Assembly: GCA_965203465.1 (NCBI GenBank)
Contig: CBDBCR010000003.1
Span: forward strand, 320,001-384,000
DNA length: 64,000 nucleotides
DNA from: Nitrosopumilaceae archaeon
GTDB lineage: Archaea; Thermoproteota; Nitrososphaeria; Nitrososphaerales; Nitrosopumilaceae
Reading direction: 5' to 3'
Below are positions 1-11,527 of this stretch, one piece after another; position 1 is the stretch's first letter; every line of letters begins with the position of its first letter. A program made the position numbers and the translations under genes. Below the pieces are notes generated by a model that ran no database searches, had not been told where the DNA came from, and was given only the letters and a program-made list of their open reading frames with translations.

Positions 1-3000
1 CACCGCTCGTAAGAGACCGCGTGTATGACCGCCAGCGCGATTCCCGTCCCGCCCGGGCCCCTCGCGATGTCGGCGGGCCGGCCCGCCGCGCCCGGGCCGG
101 GCGGATCGGGGACGGGTTCGGCCGGCGCCGGCTCCCCGTGGACGGCGCCGTCCGACACCGAAGGCGCGTCGCCCGCGTTGGCCGACGCGCGCGAGCCGGT
201 CGCCGCGCCGTCGCCCAGGACCGGCGAATCTGAAAGCAGAATCGCAGACGCGCCGGCGCGCGCAGAGTCTGCCAGGACGGGCGAGTCCGACTCTGCTACG
301 GAAGAGACGCGCGCAAGCGCAGAGTCTGCGATCGTAGGCGAGCTCGAATCGGAGGCGTTGCGCGCGCTCCCCCAGCGCGCCGAATCGAACGGGGCCTGGA
401 GGCTGGACGCGGGAAACGACGACTTGTATGCCCGCGCAGAGTCGGAAGGCGCCTGCGAGTCGGACAGGGGGCGGGAGAGGGCCGCCAGCCCGGAGGCAGA
501 GTCGGAGAGGGCCGGCGAGCTGGACTGCGCGGAGCCGGACCTGTAGGCGCGCGCAGAGTCGGAAAACGTGGCGCCGTCGGACGGCCCCTGCACGAACAGG
601 CCCGCGTACGAGGCCGAGTCGGACGGCGACAGCGAATCCCGGGCCGACGCGGACGACTTGAACGAGGCCGCGGAGTCGGAAAAGACGCCCGTGTCCGCAG
701 AGACGGCCACCCGCATGCCCGCCCGCCCCGCAGAGTCCGAAAAGTCCGGCGAGCTCGACTGCGCAAAGCCGGACCTGTAGGCGCGCGCAGAGTCCGAGAC
801 GGTCGCGGCGTCGGACAGTCCGGCGAGCCGCATGCTCGCAACGGACGCGGTGTCCGAAAAGGCCGCCGTGTCGGACAGCGAGCTGAGCACCATGTTGGCG
901 CCCGAGGCCGAGTCCGAAAAGGCGGCGGTGTCGGAGGAAAGAAAGACCGACTTGTACGAGCGGGCGGAGTCGGAAAAGGCGGCGGTGTCGGACAGCGAGC
1001 TGAGCACCATGTTGGCGCCCGAGGCCGAGTCCGAAAAGGCGGCGGTGTCGGAGGAAAGAAAGACCGACTTGTACGAGCGGGCGGAGTCGGAAAAGGCGGC
1101 GGTGTCGGCGGAGACCGACACCTTCATGTCAGCCCGGGAGGCGGAGTCCGAAAAGGCCGCCGTGTCGGAGGAAAGGAAGACCGACTTGTACGAGCGGGCG
1201 GAGTCGGAAAAGGCGGCGGTGTCGGCGGAGACCGACACCTTCATGTCAGCCCGGGAGGCGGAGTCCGAAAAGGCCGCCGTGTCGGAGGAAAGGAAGACCG
1301 ACTTGTACGAGCGGGCGGAGTCTGAGAATGCGACAGTTTCCGAAGATGTGCGGATCGCCGCGTGCTTGCCCGCCACAGAGCTTGTAAGAACAGGCGAGCT
1401 TGACGGGACAAGGGACGACTTGTACGCCCGGACAGAGTCGGAAAAGACGGCGGTGTCGCCAGACGCGCGCACCAGCGCGTTGAGGTTCAGGGCGAGGTCT
1501 GAAAGCGCGGCGGTGTCCGAAGAAGCCCTGACCAGTGCGCTCGTGCTCACGGCGGAATCTGAAAAGGCGGCCAGATTCTGCTCGACAAAGCTGGACTTGT
1601 GAGATCTGACAGAGGCTGAAAGCGCGGCGGTGTCTGAGGAAACAGAAGCGGACTGGTACGAGCGGGCAGAGTCGGAAAAGACGGCGGTGTCGCCAGACGC
1701 GCGCACCAGCGCGTTGAGGTTCAGGGCGGGATCCGAGAACGCCGGCGTGTCCGCCGCGACAAAGCCGGACTTGTGCGCGCGCTCGGAGCTTGAAAGGCCC
1801 GGCGAGCTTGACGGCGCAAAGCCGGACTTGTGCGTCCTTGCAGAGTCCGAGAACGCCGGGGAGTCGCGGGCCAGCGCCAGTTCGACCTCCAGCTGCGCGC
1901 CAGTCGTGCCCGCAAAAGCGTTGCCCACCAAGTCCTCGAACGCGCTGCCCGATACGGTGATGCGCAACGGGCCGTCGCGCAGGTGAGCCAGCACCAAGCC
2001 GCGCGTCTGCTCTCCGGTCAGCCGAAGCGCCAGCGCGTCCGCATCCTGCGCGGGGGCCGCGGCCCCGCCAAGCTGCGTGCTGGAGGCGAGGCCCAACACG
2101 GCGACGCCGCCCGGATCGATCTCGGAGGCGTCGATCGGCTCGTCGAAATCCAGCTCCAGCGCCCCCAAGGCGAGATCAAGGCGCGGCGTCGCCTCCAGCG
2201 TCGGCCTGATCCCGTCTATCGACAGATCCTTTGAGAACGAGAGCGAATCGAGCGACCCGGGCCGGGGGAGGCCCAGCACCGCCGTGTCGCTAGACGCCTC
2301 GACGGAGCCGCCCCGCAGCGTCAGGGAAGAGCGCCCCACGTATTCCAAGTCCGGCGACCAGTCGCCTTGCTGTACCGTGTACCCGAAGGCCAGCGTGTCC
2401 GTCCCTGAGCCAGAGGCGTACGCCGCGGGCCTGTCCGTCGCGCCGGTCTCGAGCAGCAGCGCCGGCGAGCCGGTCACGCTGACCGGCTCAGAAAACTCCA
2501 CTTCTATTTCGATCCGGCTGCCCGGCCCGTACGGGCCGTCGGGCGTAGTAGAGCCGACGCCCTCCACAAAAGGCGGCCGGAACGCGGACATGACGTACGT
2601 TGCGCCCCGGTCGTCGTTGCCGCTGTCGTCGTGCGCGGGCCCGCCGACGGCGAATTCGGCCGATCCGTCGCCGTCCAGATCCCCGACGGCGGCAACCGAG
2701 GCCCCGAAGCGGTCGCCGACCGCGATCCCGGGCGCCGCGGCCGCGCCGGTATAGTGCGTCTCCTTTACGTATCCGTCGGGGCCGAGCAGCATCAGGTAGG
2801 CCGAGCCGTCCGCGCCCGCCAGCAAGTCCTCCGTCCCGTCCCTGTCGACGTCCCCGGCCCGTGCCACCGACGAGCCGAAGCGGTCGCCGTCGGCCAGCGG
2901 CGGCCCGTTCGAGGTCAGGCTGCTCAGTTCGACGGCGCCTGGCTTTAGCGTGCCGTCGGAGTTGAGGAACAGCAGGTGGACGGCGCCGCGGTTGGCGCCG

Positions 3001-6000
3001 CCCGCGTCGCGCCCGCTCGATCCCACCGCCAAGTCCTGAACGCCGTCGCGGTCCAGGTCTCCGATGCCGGCCACCGACGAGCCGAACAGGTCGCCAAAGG
3101 TCACCGACGGCATGTTGGCGGCCGCAGAATCGAGCTTTGCCGTGCTTTTGACTGTGCCGTCCGAGTTGAGGAAGATCAGGTGCGCCGAGCCCAGGCCGCC
3201 GTCGCGCGGGGCGCCCGCGGCCAGATCGGGCACCCCGTCGCGGTCCAGGTCGCCGATGCCGGCCACCGACGAGCCGAAGCGGTCGCCTATCCTCAGCGAT
3301 GGCCCGTTGGTCACCGAGCCGTCTATCTCGACCGTCCTCTTTACGGTGCCGTCCGAATTCATGTACAGCAGGTGGACGGCGCCGGTCTCGTTTAGGTCGC
3401 CCCATGCCCCCGCGGCCAGGTCGGCCACGCCGTCGCGGTCCAGATCCCCTATCTCTGCCACCGACGAGCCGAACATGTCGCCGCGCCCTAGCGCGGGCGC
3501 GTTGGGCGTGCCCGCTTTTATGGCGCGCGACTCCGAGGTTCCGTCCGCGCCGAGGAACAGCAGGTGGACGGCGCCCGCGTTTCTTGCGCCGGTGCGGTCG
3601 CCCGCGGCCCCCACGGCCAGATCTTCCACCCCGTCGCGGTTCAGGTCTCCGATGCCGGCCACCGACGAGCCGAACATGTCGCCGGCGGCCAGTGACACGT
3701 CCGGCCCGCTTTCGCTCATCCGGACGGCCCTGCTTACAGAAGAATCCACGCCCATGAAAAGCACGTACGCGTCGCCGCCGGTTCCCGCGGACTTTGCCCC
3801 CACGGCCAGGTCGGCCACGCCGTCGCCGTCCAGATCCCCCAGGCTCGCCACCGAAGAGCCGAATTCGTCGCCTGCGCCGGGCGCCGGAACCCCACCGGCC
3901 GCGCGGCCGATGTCCCTCGAGCTTTTCAGGGTGCCGTCCGAGTTGAGCATCAGCAGGTGTAAAATCCCAGAGTTGTTGCCCGGCCCGTCGTTGGACTCGG
4001 CGCCGGCGGCGATGTCGGGCACCCCGTCGCCGTCCAGATCGCCCACCGCTGCCACCGAAGATCCGAATTCGGCGCCGAGCGAGAGGGCGGGGCCGCCGGG
4101 CGTCTGCCTGTCGATCTTGGAATAGCCCTTTGCCGTGCCGTCCGAGTTCATCAAGAGCACGTGGACGGCGCCGTATGGATGTGACACCACGCGGCCCGGT
4201 TGGACGGTCTGGGCGCGCGCGTCGCGCACGGCCCCCACGGCCAGGTCGGCCACGCCGTCGCCGTCCAGATCCCCGGCGGCCGCCACCGAAGATCCGAAAT
4301 AGTCGAAGACGTCGGACAAAGCGGATGTCACCCTCGCCGTCTCCTTTATCGTCCTGTCCTGGTTCATGAAGAGCACGTGGACGGCGCCGTCGACGGGGGC
4401 CCCCACGGCCAGGTCGTCCACGCCGTCGCCGTCCAGATCCCCTATGCCCGCGGCCGAATATCCGAACCAGTCGTTGTCGGCAAGCGCGGGGCCGCGCGCC
4501 GTCCGGTCGTTTATCTTCGATGCGCTCTTTGCCGTCCCGTCGGAGTTGAGCAGCACGATGTACAGGGCGCCCCGGTCGGCGCCGGTAGCGCCCGCCGCCG
4601 GGGCCGCCACGGCAGTGTCTGTCCCGTGCGCCCCCACCGCCATGTCCGGTATCCCGTCGCCGTCCAGATCCCCCGTCGCTGCCACCGACGAGCCGAAATA
4701 GTCCATGTCGGACAGGGCCGGCCCGCCGCCTGTTCCGCTCGCGATCTTTGTAATCTCGTCGATGGAGCCGTCCGCGTGCATCAGGGCCACATAGACCGCG
4801 CCCCGATCGGTTCCCCCCGCGTCGTCCCTGTCGGCGCCCACCGCCAGGTCCGGCACGCCGTCGGAGTTGATGTCGCCCAGCACGGCGGCCGAGGCGCCAA
4901 ATCTGTCCATGTTGTCCAGCGTAGGCAGCACTCCGCTGTCGCCGCTCAGCCTCAGGACCGCGCGCATCGTGCCGTCCCCCGACGGGGCCGTGACGTCGAG
5001 GCGGACGATGTGCACGGTGCCCGCGTTGGCCCAGCGCGCATCGTCCCCCGTCGCCCCCACCGCCAGATCCTCGATCCCGTCGAGGTCCAGGTCGCCCATC
5101 AGGGCCACTGACCGGCCGAACTCGTCGCCGGCCGCGAGCTGCGGGCCGTTGGCCGTCGAGGCGTTGATCTCGGCGGTGCGCTTCACCGTGCCGTCCTGGT
5201 TGAGGAACAGCAGGTGGACGGCGCCGGTCTCGCTCAAGCGGCCCCACGCCCCCGCGGCCAGATCGGGTACGCCGTCTCTGTCCAGATCCCCCACGGCTGC
5301 CGCCGACGAGCCGAAAAAGTCGCTCGCTGCGAGCCGCGGGCCGTTGGCCGTCGAGGCGTTGATCTCGGCGGTCCTTTTCACGGTGCCGTCCGGGTTCATG
5401 TACAGCAGGTGGACGGCGCCCGCGTCCGTGCCACCCGCGTCGTCGCCCACCGCGCCGACTGCGATGTCGCCCGTCCCGTCGCGGTCTAGATCGCCCATCA
5501 GGGCCACTGACCGGCCGAACTCGTCGCCGGCCACGAGCTGCGGGCCGTTGGCCGTCGAGGCGTTTATCGGGGCTGTGCGCTTCACGGTGCCGTCCGAGTT
5601 AAGGAACATCACGTAGACGGTGCCCGCGTCGGTCGCCTTGGCGCCGTCTTCGCTGGCCCCCACTGCCAAATCCTGCGTCCCGTCTCTGTCCAGATCCCCG
5701 ACGGCTGCCGCCGACGAGCCGAAGAAGTCGCCTCGTTCAAGCTGCGGGCCGTTGGCCGTCGAGGCGTTGATCTCGACGGTGCGCTTCACCGTGCCGTCCT
5801 GGTTGAGGAACAGCAGGTGGACGGCGCCGGCGTTCTCTGCCCCCGCGTCGTCGCCCCACGCGCCTGCGGCCAGATCCGGCACCCCGTCTCGGTCAAGATC
5901 CCCCATTGCGGCAAGGGAGGAGCCGAACAGATCGCCGGCCGCGAGCTGCGGGCCGTTGGCCGTCGAGGCGTTGATCTCGACGGTGCGCTTCACCGTGCCG

Positions 6001-6700
6001 TCCTGGTTGAGGAACAGCAGGTGGACGGCGCCGGCCCGGTTCCCGCCCCCGTCGTCGCTCCATGCCCCCACGGCCAGATCCTGCACCCCGTCTCGGTCAA
6101 GATCCCCCATTGCGGCAAGGGAGGAGCCGAATTGGTCGCCGAAGGCAATCTGCGGCCCGTTGGCAGTCAGGCCGTTGATCTCGGTGGTCAGGTCAGGATA
6201 CGCGTAGTTGCGCGCCACCGCCTCGTCCCCCCCGAAGCCTAGCAGCAGCGCGTGGGGGCCTGCCGTATTTACCCTGACCGAGAGGGTGGCGATGCCGCCC
6301 CCTTCGAACCCTGCAAAGACCAAGCTACCGCCGTCCGATTCGGGCGCGACGGGCCGCCCCGCCGCGTCGCGCAGTTCCGCAAACGAGACATCCGCCCCGA
6401 GGGCGGTGCCGTCGGCGCCCGAGACGGTCAGGTCGTGCGTTCCCCGCGCTTCGAACCGCACCTGCCACAGCCCGCCCACCTCCGGGTGCGACTGCTGGTT
6501 CAGCACGGTTATGCGGTTGGCGAGATCGGTAGGCGGCGCCGCGTGCGCCCACAGCGCGGGCGCGCACGCGAGCGACGCGGACAACAACAGACACGCCCAA
6601 AGTCCTCTGGAACAGGGTGCAGGACATCGCGGCCGGCGGGGCGCGGGCTGACGGCCCCGAGGCGTACCCCCCCCCCCCCGGGCCAGCCGTACAGCATCAT
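1..6700 (-). CDS. Giant secreted/surface protein (>2,200 aa, 3' end outside window): signal peptide, ~18 FG-GAP repeats, an Ig-like module and Ser/Asp/Ala-rich repeats; likely start ATG 6700 is out of frame across a G13 tract
   Basis: Minus-strand frame absent from the ORF track because it has no stop in the window; sampled translation gives GLWACLLLSASLACAPALWAHA, repeated GDxFGSSVAxxGDLDxDGxxDLAxGA (6150-2700), IEVEFSEPVSVTGSPALLLETG, and LSDTAAFSDSA repeats (1900-200). Confidence 0.9.
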
Positions 6701-6874
6701 GGTCTAAGACCTCGGAATAATGCGGTTTAACTTTAGCTGCGAAAAATCCGGTGCGTGTTTACGTGTCACGCCCGTCCGTTCTGCCGGTCGTGGAAGATTT
6801 CGCCCTCGCCTGTCTGATGCGTGGAGGGGGAGGCGAAATTTTCAACGCCCGGCAGACCCTGTATCAAATCTTAT

Positions 6875-7045
6875 CTGGGAGGGGAGCATGGCTCTCCGAG
6901 ATGGGCCCGAGAGTTGAACTATTCTCACCCCGCATGAGGGTGACCGGCAGACTAACTCACAACAATAGGCGGACGGGGTACTACCCCACAGAGGGTGAAT
7001 GGGAGCTTTCCGCTCAATCGGGCAAATCCACAAATCCAATGGCTT
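6875..7045 (+). ncRNA. Candidate IS110 bridge/guide RNA in the upstream non-coding end (strand and ends uncertain)
   Basis: Stem GAGTT 6911-6915/AACTC 6954-6958 and stem TCACCC 6925-6930/GGGTGA 6938-6943 enclose an internal loop; 6944-6954 equals the reconstructed target. Confidence 0.65.
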
Positions 7046-7061
7046 CGAAGGAGGTGACACA

Positions 7062-8135
7062 TTGATCAACATTGGGATAGACGTGCACAAAAAGATGTGC
7101 GTGGCGACAATAAAAGGAAACGGCAAGGATATAATAGAACAGACCGAATTCAAGAACAGCAAAAAAGACATAGAGGCGTTCGCGGCACACGTAAAGAAGA
7201 CGCACGGCAAGAACGCCAGGGCGGTCTGCGAGGCGACCGGCAATTACTGGATGATACTGCACGACACGCTGGAGGACTGCGGCATCGACACGATCTTGGC
7301 TCACCCGGCCAAGACCAAGGCCATAGCCGAGGCAAAACTGAAAGACGACAGGGTGGACTCGGAGGTGCTCGCGGATCTGCTGCTCCTAGACATGGTTTAC
7401 GAGTCGTTCGTGCCTGACGAGCGCTACAGGAACCTGCGCAACCTGGCCAGAACCCGGCTCGACAGGGTCCGCACGGCGACGGAGCAAAAAAACAAGATAA
7501 CTGCGCTTCTGGCCAAATACGAGCACAAGCTTCCCACAAAGACGAAATTCTCAAAGACCAACTTGAAGTGGATGCGAACCGTAAGCGTCTCGCCAGTGGA
7601 CAGGCTGTCGCTGGACTCGTACCTCGACACGCTGCAGCTGATGCAGAAACAGACGGAAACGCTGGAGCGCGAGATAGCTTCCGAATGCATGGACGACGAT
7701 AGGGCAAAGCTCGTCATGACGGTCACCGGAATAGGATACGTTACCGCGCTGACCATAATCGCAGAGATAGTAGACGTAAAGAGATTCAGGACGGCCGAAA
7801 AACTCGTCTCGTACGCGGGCCTTTCTCCGTCCCACCGGAACAGCGGCGAGACCAAGCGCGGCGGCGGCATAACCAAAAAGGGGTCCGTCTGGTTAAGGAA
7901 CGCCATGGTGGAGGCGGCCAACGTCGCGGCGCGCTACGACGCTCGAATGTCTTCGACCTACGAGCGGCTGTCGAAAAGGATAGGCAAAAAGAAAGCGAAG
8001 GTGGCCATCGCGCGCCGCCTGACGGAGGTAGTCTGGCACATACTGACCGACATGGCCGAATACCGGACGCAGGACAAGGATCTAGTGCAGCGAAAGTATA
8101 AAGCGGCGGCGGCCAAAGCCCGCCCGCCTGACTGA
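7062..8135 (+). CDS. IS110-family (DEDD) transposase/recombinase
   Basis: IGIDVHKK, VCEATGNYW, KDDRVDS, GIGYVTA, YAGLSP..SG motifs; TTG start at 7062 follows GGAGGTGA SD. Confidence 0.95.
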   Translation: MINIGIDVHKKMCVATIKGNGKDIIEQTEFKNSKKDIEAFAAHVKKTHGKNARAVCEATGNYWMILHDTLEDCGIDTILAHPAKTKAIAEAKLKDDRVDSEVLADLLLLDMVYESFVPDERYRNLRNLARTRLDRVRTATEQKNKITALLAKYEHKLPTKTKFSKTNLKWMRTVSVSPVDRLSLDSYLDTLQLMQKQTETLEREIASECMDDDRAKLVMTVTGIGYVTALTIIAEIVDVKRFRTAEKLVSYAGLSPSHRNSGETKRGGGITKKGSVWLRNAMVEAANVAARYDARMSSTYERLSKRIGKKKAKVAIARRLTEVVWHILTDMAEYRTQDKDLVQRKYKAAAAKARPPD

Positions 8136-8318
8136 GCACACACTCGTTTGCAGTGGCCCGTCAATCCGGGAAGATTTGATATGGGAGACTAGGTGCTTGC
8201 CGCCCTAAGGCAAAATCCGTCCATGTTGCGCCGAAAACGGCATCGCCCCCCAGGTAGCGCGCGGCACACGCCTGCAAGCTCCGCGCCGTTGCCGGAATCC
8301 GCGCCAGCCGCGCCAGGC

Positions 8319-9107
8319 CTACGGGCCGCCGGCCCGCCTCTCGGCTATCAGCATGCCCGCAGCGTACAGCCCCATCATGGGCCCCGCGATGAGCCACATG
8401 GTGATGCCGGTGCCGTCCGGCGTGATGGCGGCCCCGAACACGACCATGACCACCACGGCTATCCTCAGGTTGCGCCTCCAGAACCGCCCGTCCAGCGCGC
8501 CCGAGGCGGTGGCCGCGTACATGATTATGGGCAGCTGGAACGACAGCCCGAAGGCCAGCACGAACTGGAGCACGAACGCCACAAAGTCGATGACGTTGAG
8601 GAACTGCAGTATCTCGGCGGACTGCCCGTACTGGTACAAAAACACCAGCGTGCTCGGAATGACCGCCAGGTACGCAAAGGCCGCGCCGCCGGCGAACAGG
8701 CCGACGGCCGGCGCCACCACCGACAGGCCCACCCGGATCTCGGCCTCGCGCAGCGCCGGCGCGACGAATCCTGCGAGCTCCCGCACGGCGACGGGCATGC
8801 AGACGAGCAGGCCGGCGAGGGCCGCGATGTACACCTGCGCGAAAAACGCCTCGCCCGGCGCCGTCTGTATCAGGTCGACCGACGGCGGCACCAGCGCGTC
8901 CTTCATGGCGACGGTTATCTGCGCGGCTATGTTGTCGAGCGGGTCCGGGACCGGATAGTACAGCCGCAGCCCCCACACCTCGGCAGGCTCGAGGTGCAAG
9001 GCCAGTATGGCGGCCGTGACGGCCCCGACGCACACGACTATCCTCAGCAGCCTCTTGCGCAGCTCTTCGAGGTGGGCGGCAAACGGCCCCTCCGAATCGA
9101 GCGCCAT
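8319..9107 (-). CDS. tatC: Twin-arginine translocase subunit TatC
   Basis: HLEELRKRLL, FGLSFQLP, AAITPDG motifs; multiple hydrophobic segments. Confidence 0.95.
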   Translation of the reverse strand: MALDSEGPFAAHLEELRKRLLRIVVCVGAVTAAILALHLEPAEVWGLRLYYPVPDPLDNIAAQITVAMKDALVPPSVDLIQTAPGEAFFAQVYIAALAGLLVCMPVAVRELAGFVAPALREAEIRVGLSVVAPAVGLFAGGAAFAYLAVIPSTLVFLYQYGQSAEILQFLNVIDFVAFVLQFVLAFGLSFQLPIIMYAATASGALDGRFWRRNLRIAVVVMVVFGAAITPDGTGITMWLIAGPMMGLYAAGMLIAERRAGGP

Positions 9108-9110
9108 GCC

Positions 9111-9575
9111 CTAGTTCGTCGGGATCGGAAGCAGCTTTGCCGGCGGCAGGCCGGCCGACGCCATCTCTTCCTCGTCAAAGTCAGAAAATTCCAGGGTGAT
9201 CACGGCCTTGGCCCCCAGCAACCCCTCCAGGTCCGAGGCCAGCGAGGCGACGTCGGGGCCCGAATAAATCTCGCGCGAGCCGGCCAGTATCACCCTCTCG
9301 CCCTTTGCCGTCTCGTCGCCGCCGAAGCGCGAGCGCAGGCTCTTGGTGAGATCCGCGCGCGCCCGCTTGGGCACGTTGTTGTGGTAGTAGCTTATGCCCC
9401 TGACCGCCTCGTAGTCGCGCGGGGTGCCGTGGCGGTACATGAACACGCCTGCAAACGAGGCGTCCTCCTCGGGCCCGATCGTCAGTTTTATGTCCCAGTT
9501 TAGGAGCTTTGAGACGTCGTAGGAGAGCTCAGAGACCTCCGACGGCTCCAGCTTCCAGTACCGCGCCCTGGCCAC
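9111..9575 (-). CDS. Hypothetical protein upstream of tatC
   Basis: 154-aa ORF of normal composition, 3 nt from tatC; TATA-like TTTATA at ~9599-9604 on the minus strand. Confidence 0.8.
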   Translation of the reverse strand: MARARYWKLEPSEVSELSYDVSKLLNWDIKLTIGPEEDASFAGVFMYRHGTPRDYEAVRGISYYHNNVPKRARADLTKSLRSRFGGDETAKGERVILAGSREIYSGPDVASLASDLEGLLGAKAVITLEFSDFDEEEMASAGLPPAKLLPIPTN

Positions 9576-9782
9576 GGACTTGGCCCGTCTAGGCTCGCTA
9601 TAAACCGTGCCGGGGGCGGGCGCCCGGCCTTTCCGCGATCGGCCGGGCGCGTGCCCCCCCCCCCCCCCGGGCGGGCCCGCGCCTTGCAGCCCCTTGTGCT
9701 ATCGGGGACCCCCGGCGGGCGCGAATTTGGCGCACCCGCATAGCAGGGTTTTTTAGGCCCAGTCGCGCACCCTCGCGCAAGG

Positions 9783-9847
9783 CCGTACTCGAATCCCTTG
9801 GGTGGATGTGTTAACATCCGCGAGTCCTTGGGCTCATGTGGGTACGG
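9783..9847. repeat. Dispersed ~65-bp palindromic repeat, copy A
   Basis: CCGTA...GAATCC...GGGCTCATGTGGGTACGG shared with 10070-10136 and 28115-28178. Confidence 0.8.
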
Positions 9848-10069
9848 AATTCTATTTTTGCAGTCCGGCGAGCCGGCCCGTCCCGACGACGCGCCCGGTA
9901 GCCCCACTGCCTTTCGCGCTGTTCGTTCTCCCGCCGGCGATCTTGGGTTGCCGCCATTTTCGGCGCATGTGCGTGCCCGCCTCCGTTCGTTCAGCTTTGG
10001 CCCCCCGTCGCGGCAGTTCTGTAGAGAAATCACACGGTATTTATCCTAGTACCCGGATACGCTGGGCAA

Positions 10070-10136
10070 CCGTAGCCCGAATCCTGTGGGCGGATACGGG
10101 ATGTATCTGCGATCCTCTGGGCTCATGTGGGTACGG
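10070..10136. repeat. Dispersed ~65-bp palindromic repeat, copy B
   Basis: CCGTAGCCCGAATCC...GATACGGGATGTATC...GGGCTCATGTGGGTACGG. Confidence 0.85.
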
Positions 10137-10279
10137 CCGTCATCGATTCTTGAGTTGGTCGCCTGATCTGAAACGCGCAATCCCCGCCTGCCAGACTGGC
10201 TACGCGGGATCTGCCCCAGACGGATTGCGCGCAAAACCACCCGTTGCGGACCGGCACCCTCAGAGCTGCCCGCCCCGAT

Positions 10280-11512
10280 CTATCCGGGTCTGTGCGCGCG
10301 GGCGCTGCCGTATGAGGCCGGCAGGCACGAGCGCGCCACCGCCTCTATCGACTTTTCGTAGATCCCGTCGTAGTCGGCGTCGTCGCGGTGGTTGGCGGAC
10401 AGGCCCACCGACGCGAAAAAGACGTGCAGCCCGAACCGCTCGGCGATCTCGTCGTGCTGCGCGCGCGGGCGCGCCTTTTGGAATTTTTCCAGAAACTCGC
10501 AGTTGCGGTTGACCAGCACCTCGGACTTGCTGGCCCGGGCCACGTTTGTCGCGCCCCACCCCATCTCGGCCCAGTTCTCCCGCGTCACCCACCTGAACGA
10601 CTGGAGCCGGACGCCGGACCTCTTTTTCCTCTCCTCCGGCTCTACGAATATGGCGTGTATGACGCACGAGAGCGGCCCGTCGCCGGGCCGGGCGAGGGTG
10701 ACGACGACGTCGCCGGCGTCCTCGGACGGCCGCCCCGTACCGCGCACCTTCACCTTGACGCGCCCGCCGAACGGCCCGTGGGGCGAGCCGTCCAGGGCCG
10801 GCGGAAACTTTGCTTCGAGCGAGCCTGCGTCGCGCTCCCGCGTCGTGTAGTCGTCGGGCGCGTCGGTCTCGAGCGTCACGTACGCGGCCGAGCCGTCCGC
10901 GGGGACGGGCCTGTGCGCCGAGACCGCGCCGTTTCTGAACCGCAGGTACGTCGGCACGTAGCTCGTAGGCCGAGTCTTTCTGCCCTTGCCGTCCGGATCG
11001 CCGCCGTCTCCCTCCCACGGCTTGCCGCTCTCTGCAGACGTGCTGCCCGGCGAGAGCATCTCCGAGATCGTCTTGTTCCTGCTGACCGCGTCCCGTATGG
11101 CCCGGTTCATGGACGAATCCTTTACGGATATCCGCTCGTCGAGCTTCCTGTACTCGGACTCTAGCGCCCGGACCTGCTCGTCCTCGCCCACGTCCTCCAG
11201 TATCCTCTCCTCGAGCCTCTTGGAGTCGGCCGACTGGCGCATGCGGTCGCGCGAGGCGAGGAACATCTTGGCCTTGCGCGGAGGCAGGTCGGTCAGGTCT
11301 ACGTGGACCATGGCGTACTCGGCCAGGGAGGAGAGGCCCGACTCGGAGTCGAGCCTCGACTGCCTGAACGAGGCGTGCGTCTGCCCGTTCTGCGTGAGCA
11401 GTATGGCCGCCGACTTTGGCCTCAGCTCCCTCGCGACGTTCTTTTTGTCGGGGTGGAGGCTGGCGTGCCTGAGCACGGCCACGTCTATCCGGTTGGTGCC
11501 GAAACCGCGCAG
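10280..11512 (-). pseudogene. 3' half of an interrupted GHKL/HSP90-like ATPase gene (5' half at 36631-37627)
   Basis: Frame continues upstream of the listed ORF as LRGFGTNRIDVAVLRH and joins in frame to ...SFSIRSKLR through the CGCGCAG repeat. Confidence 0.8.
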
Positions 11513-11527
11513 CGCAGACCCGCTTTA

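Larger units (their letters stand above)
6854..8189 (+). mobile_element. IS110-family insertion sequence
   Basis: AGAC at both junctions (6854-6857, 8186-8189); 11-bp subterminal inverted repeat TATCAAATCTT 6862-6872 / AAGATTTGATA 8171-8181; transposase inside; lower GC than flanks. Confidence 0.85.

Noticed and set aside
21-6651. Many plus-strand ORFs and the 919-aa minus ORF 2488-5247
   Set aside because: Shadow frames of the giant FG-GAP gene; Arg/Pro/Ser-rich low-information translations typical of high-GC DNA.
9654-9668. C15 tract as a phase-variable switch
   Set aside because: Intergenic and ~50 nt upstream of the nearest TATA; no frame or promoter spacing evidently depends on it.
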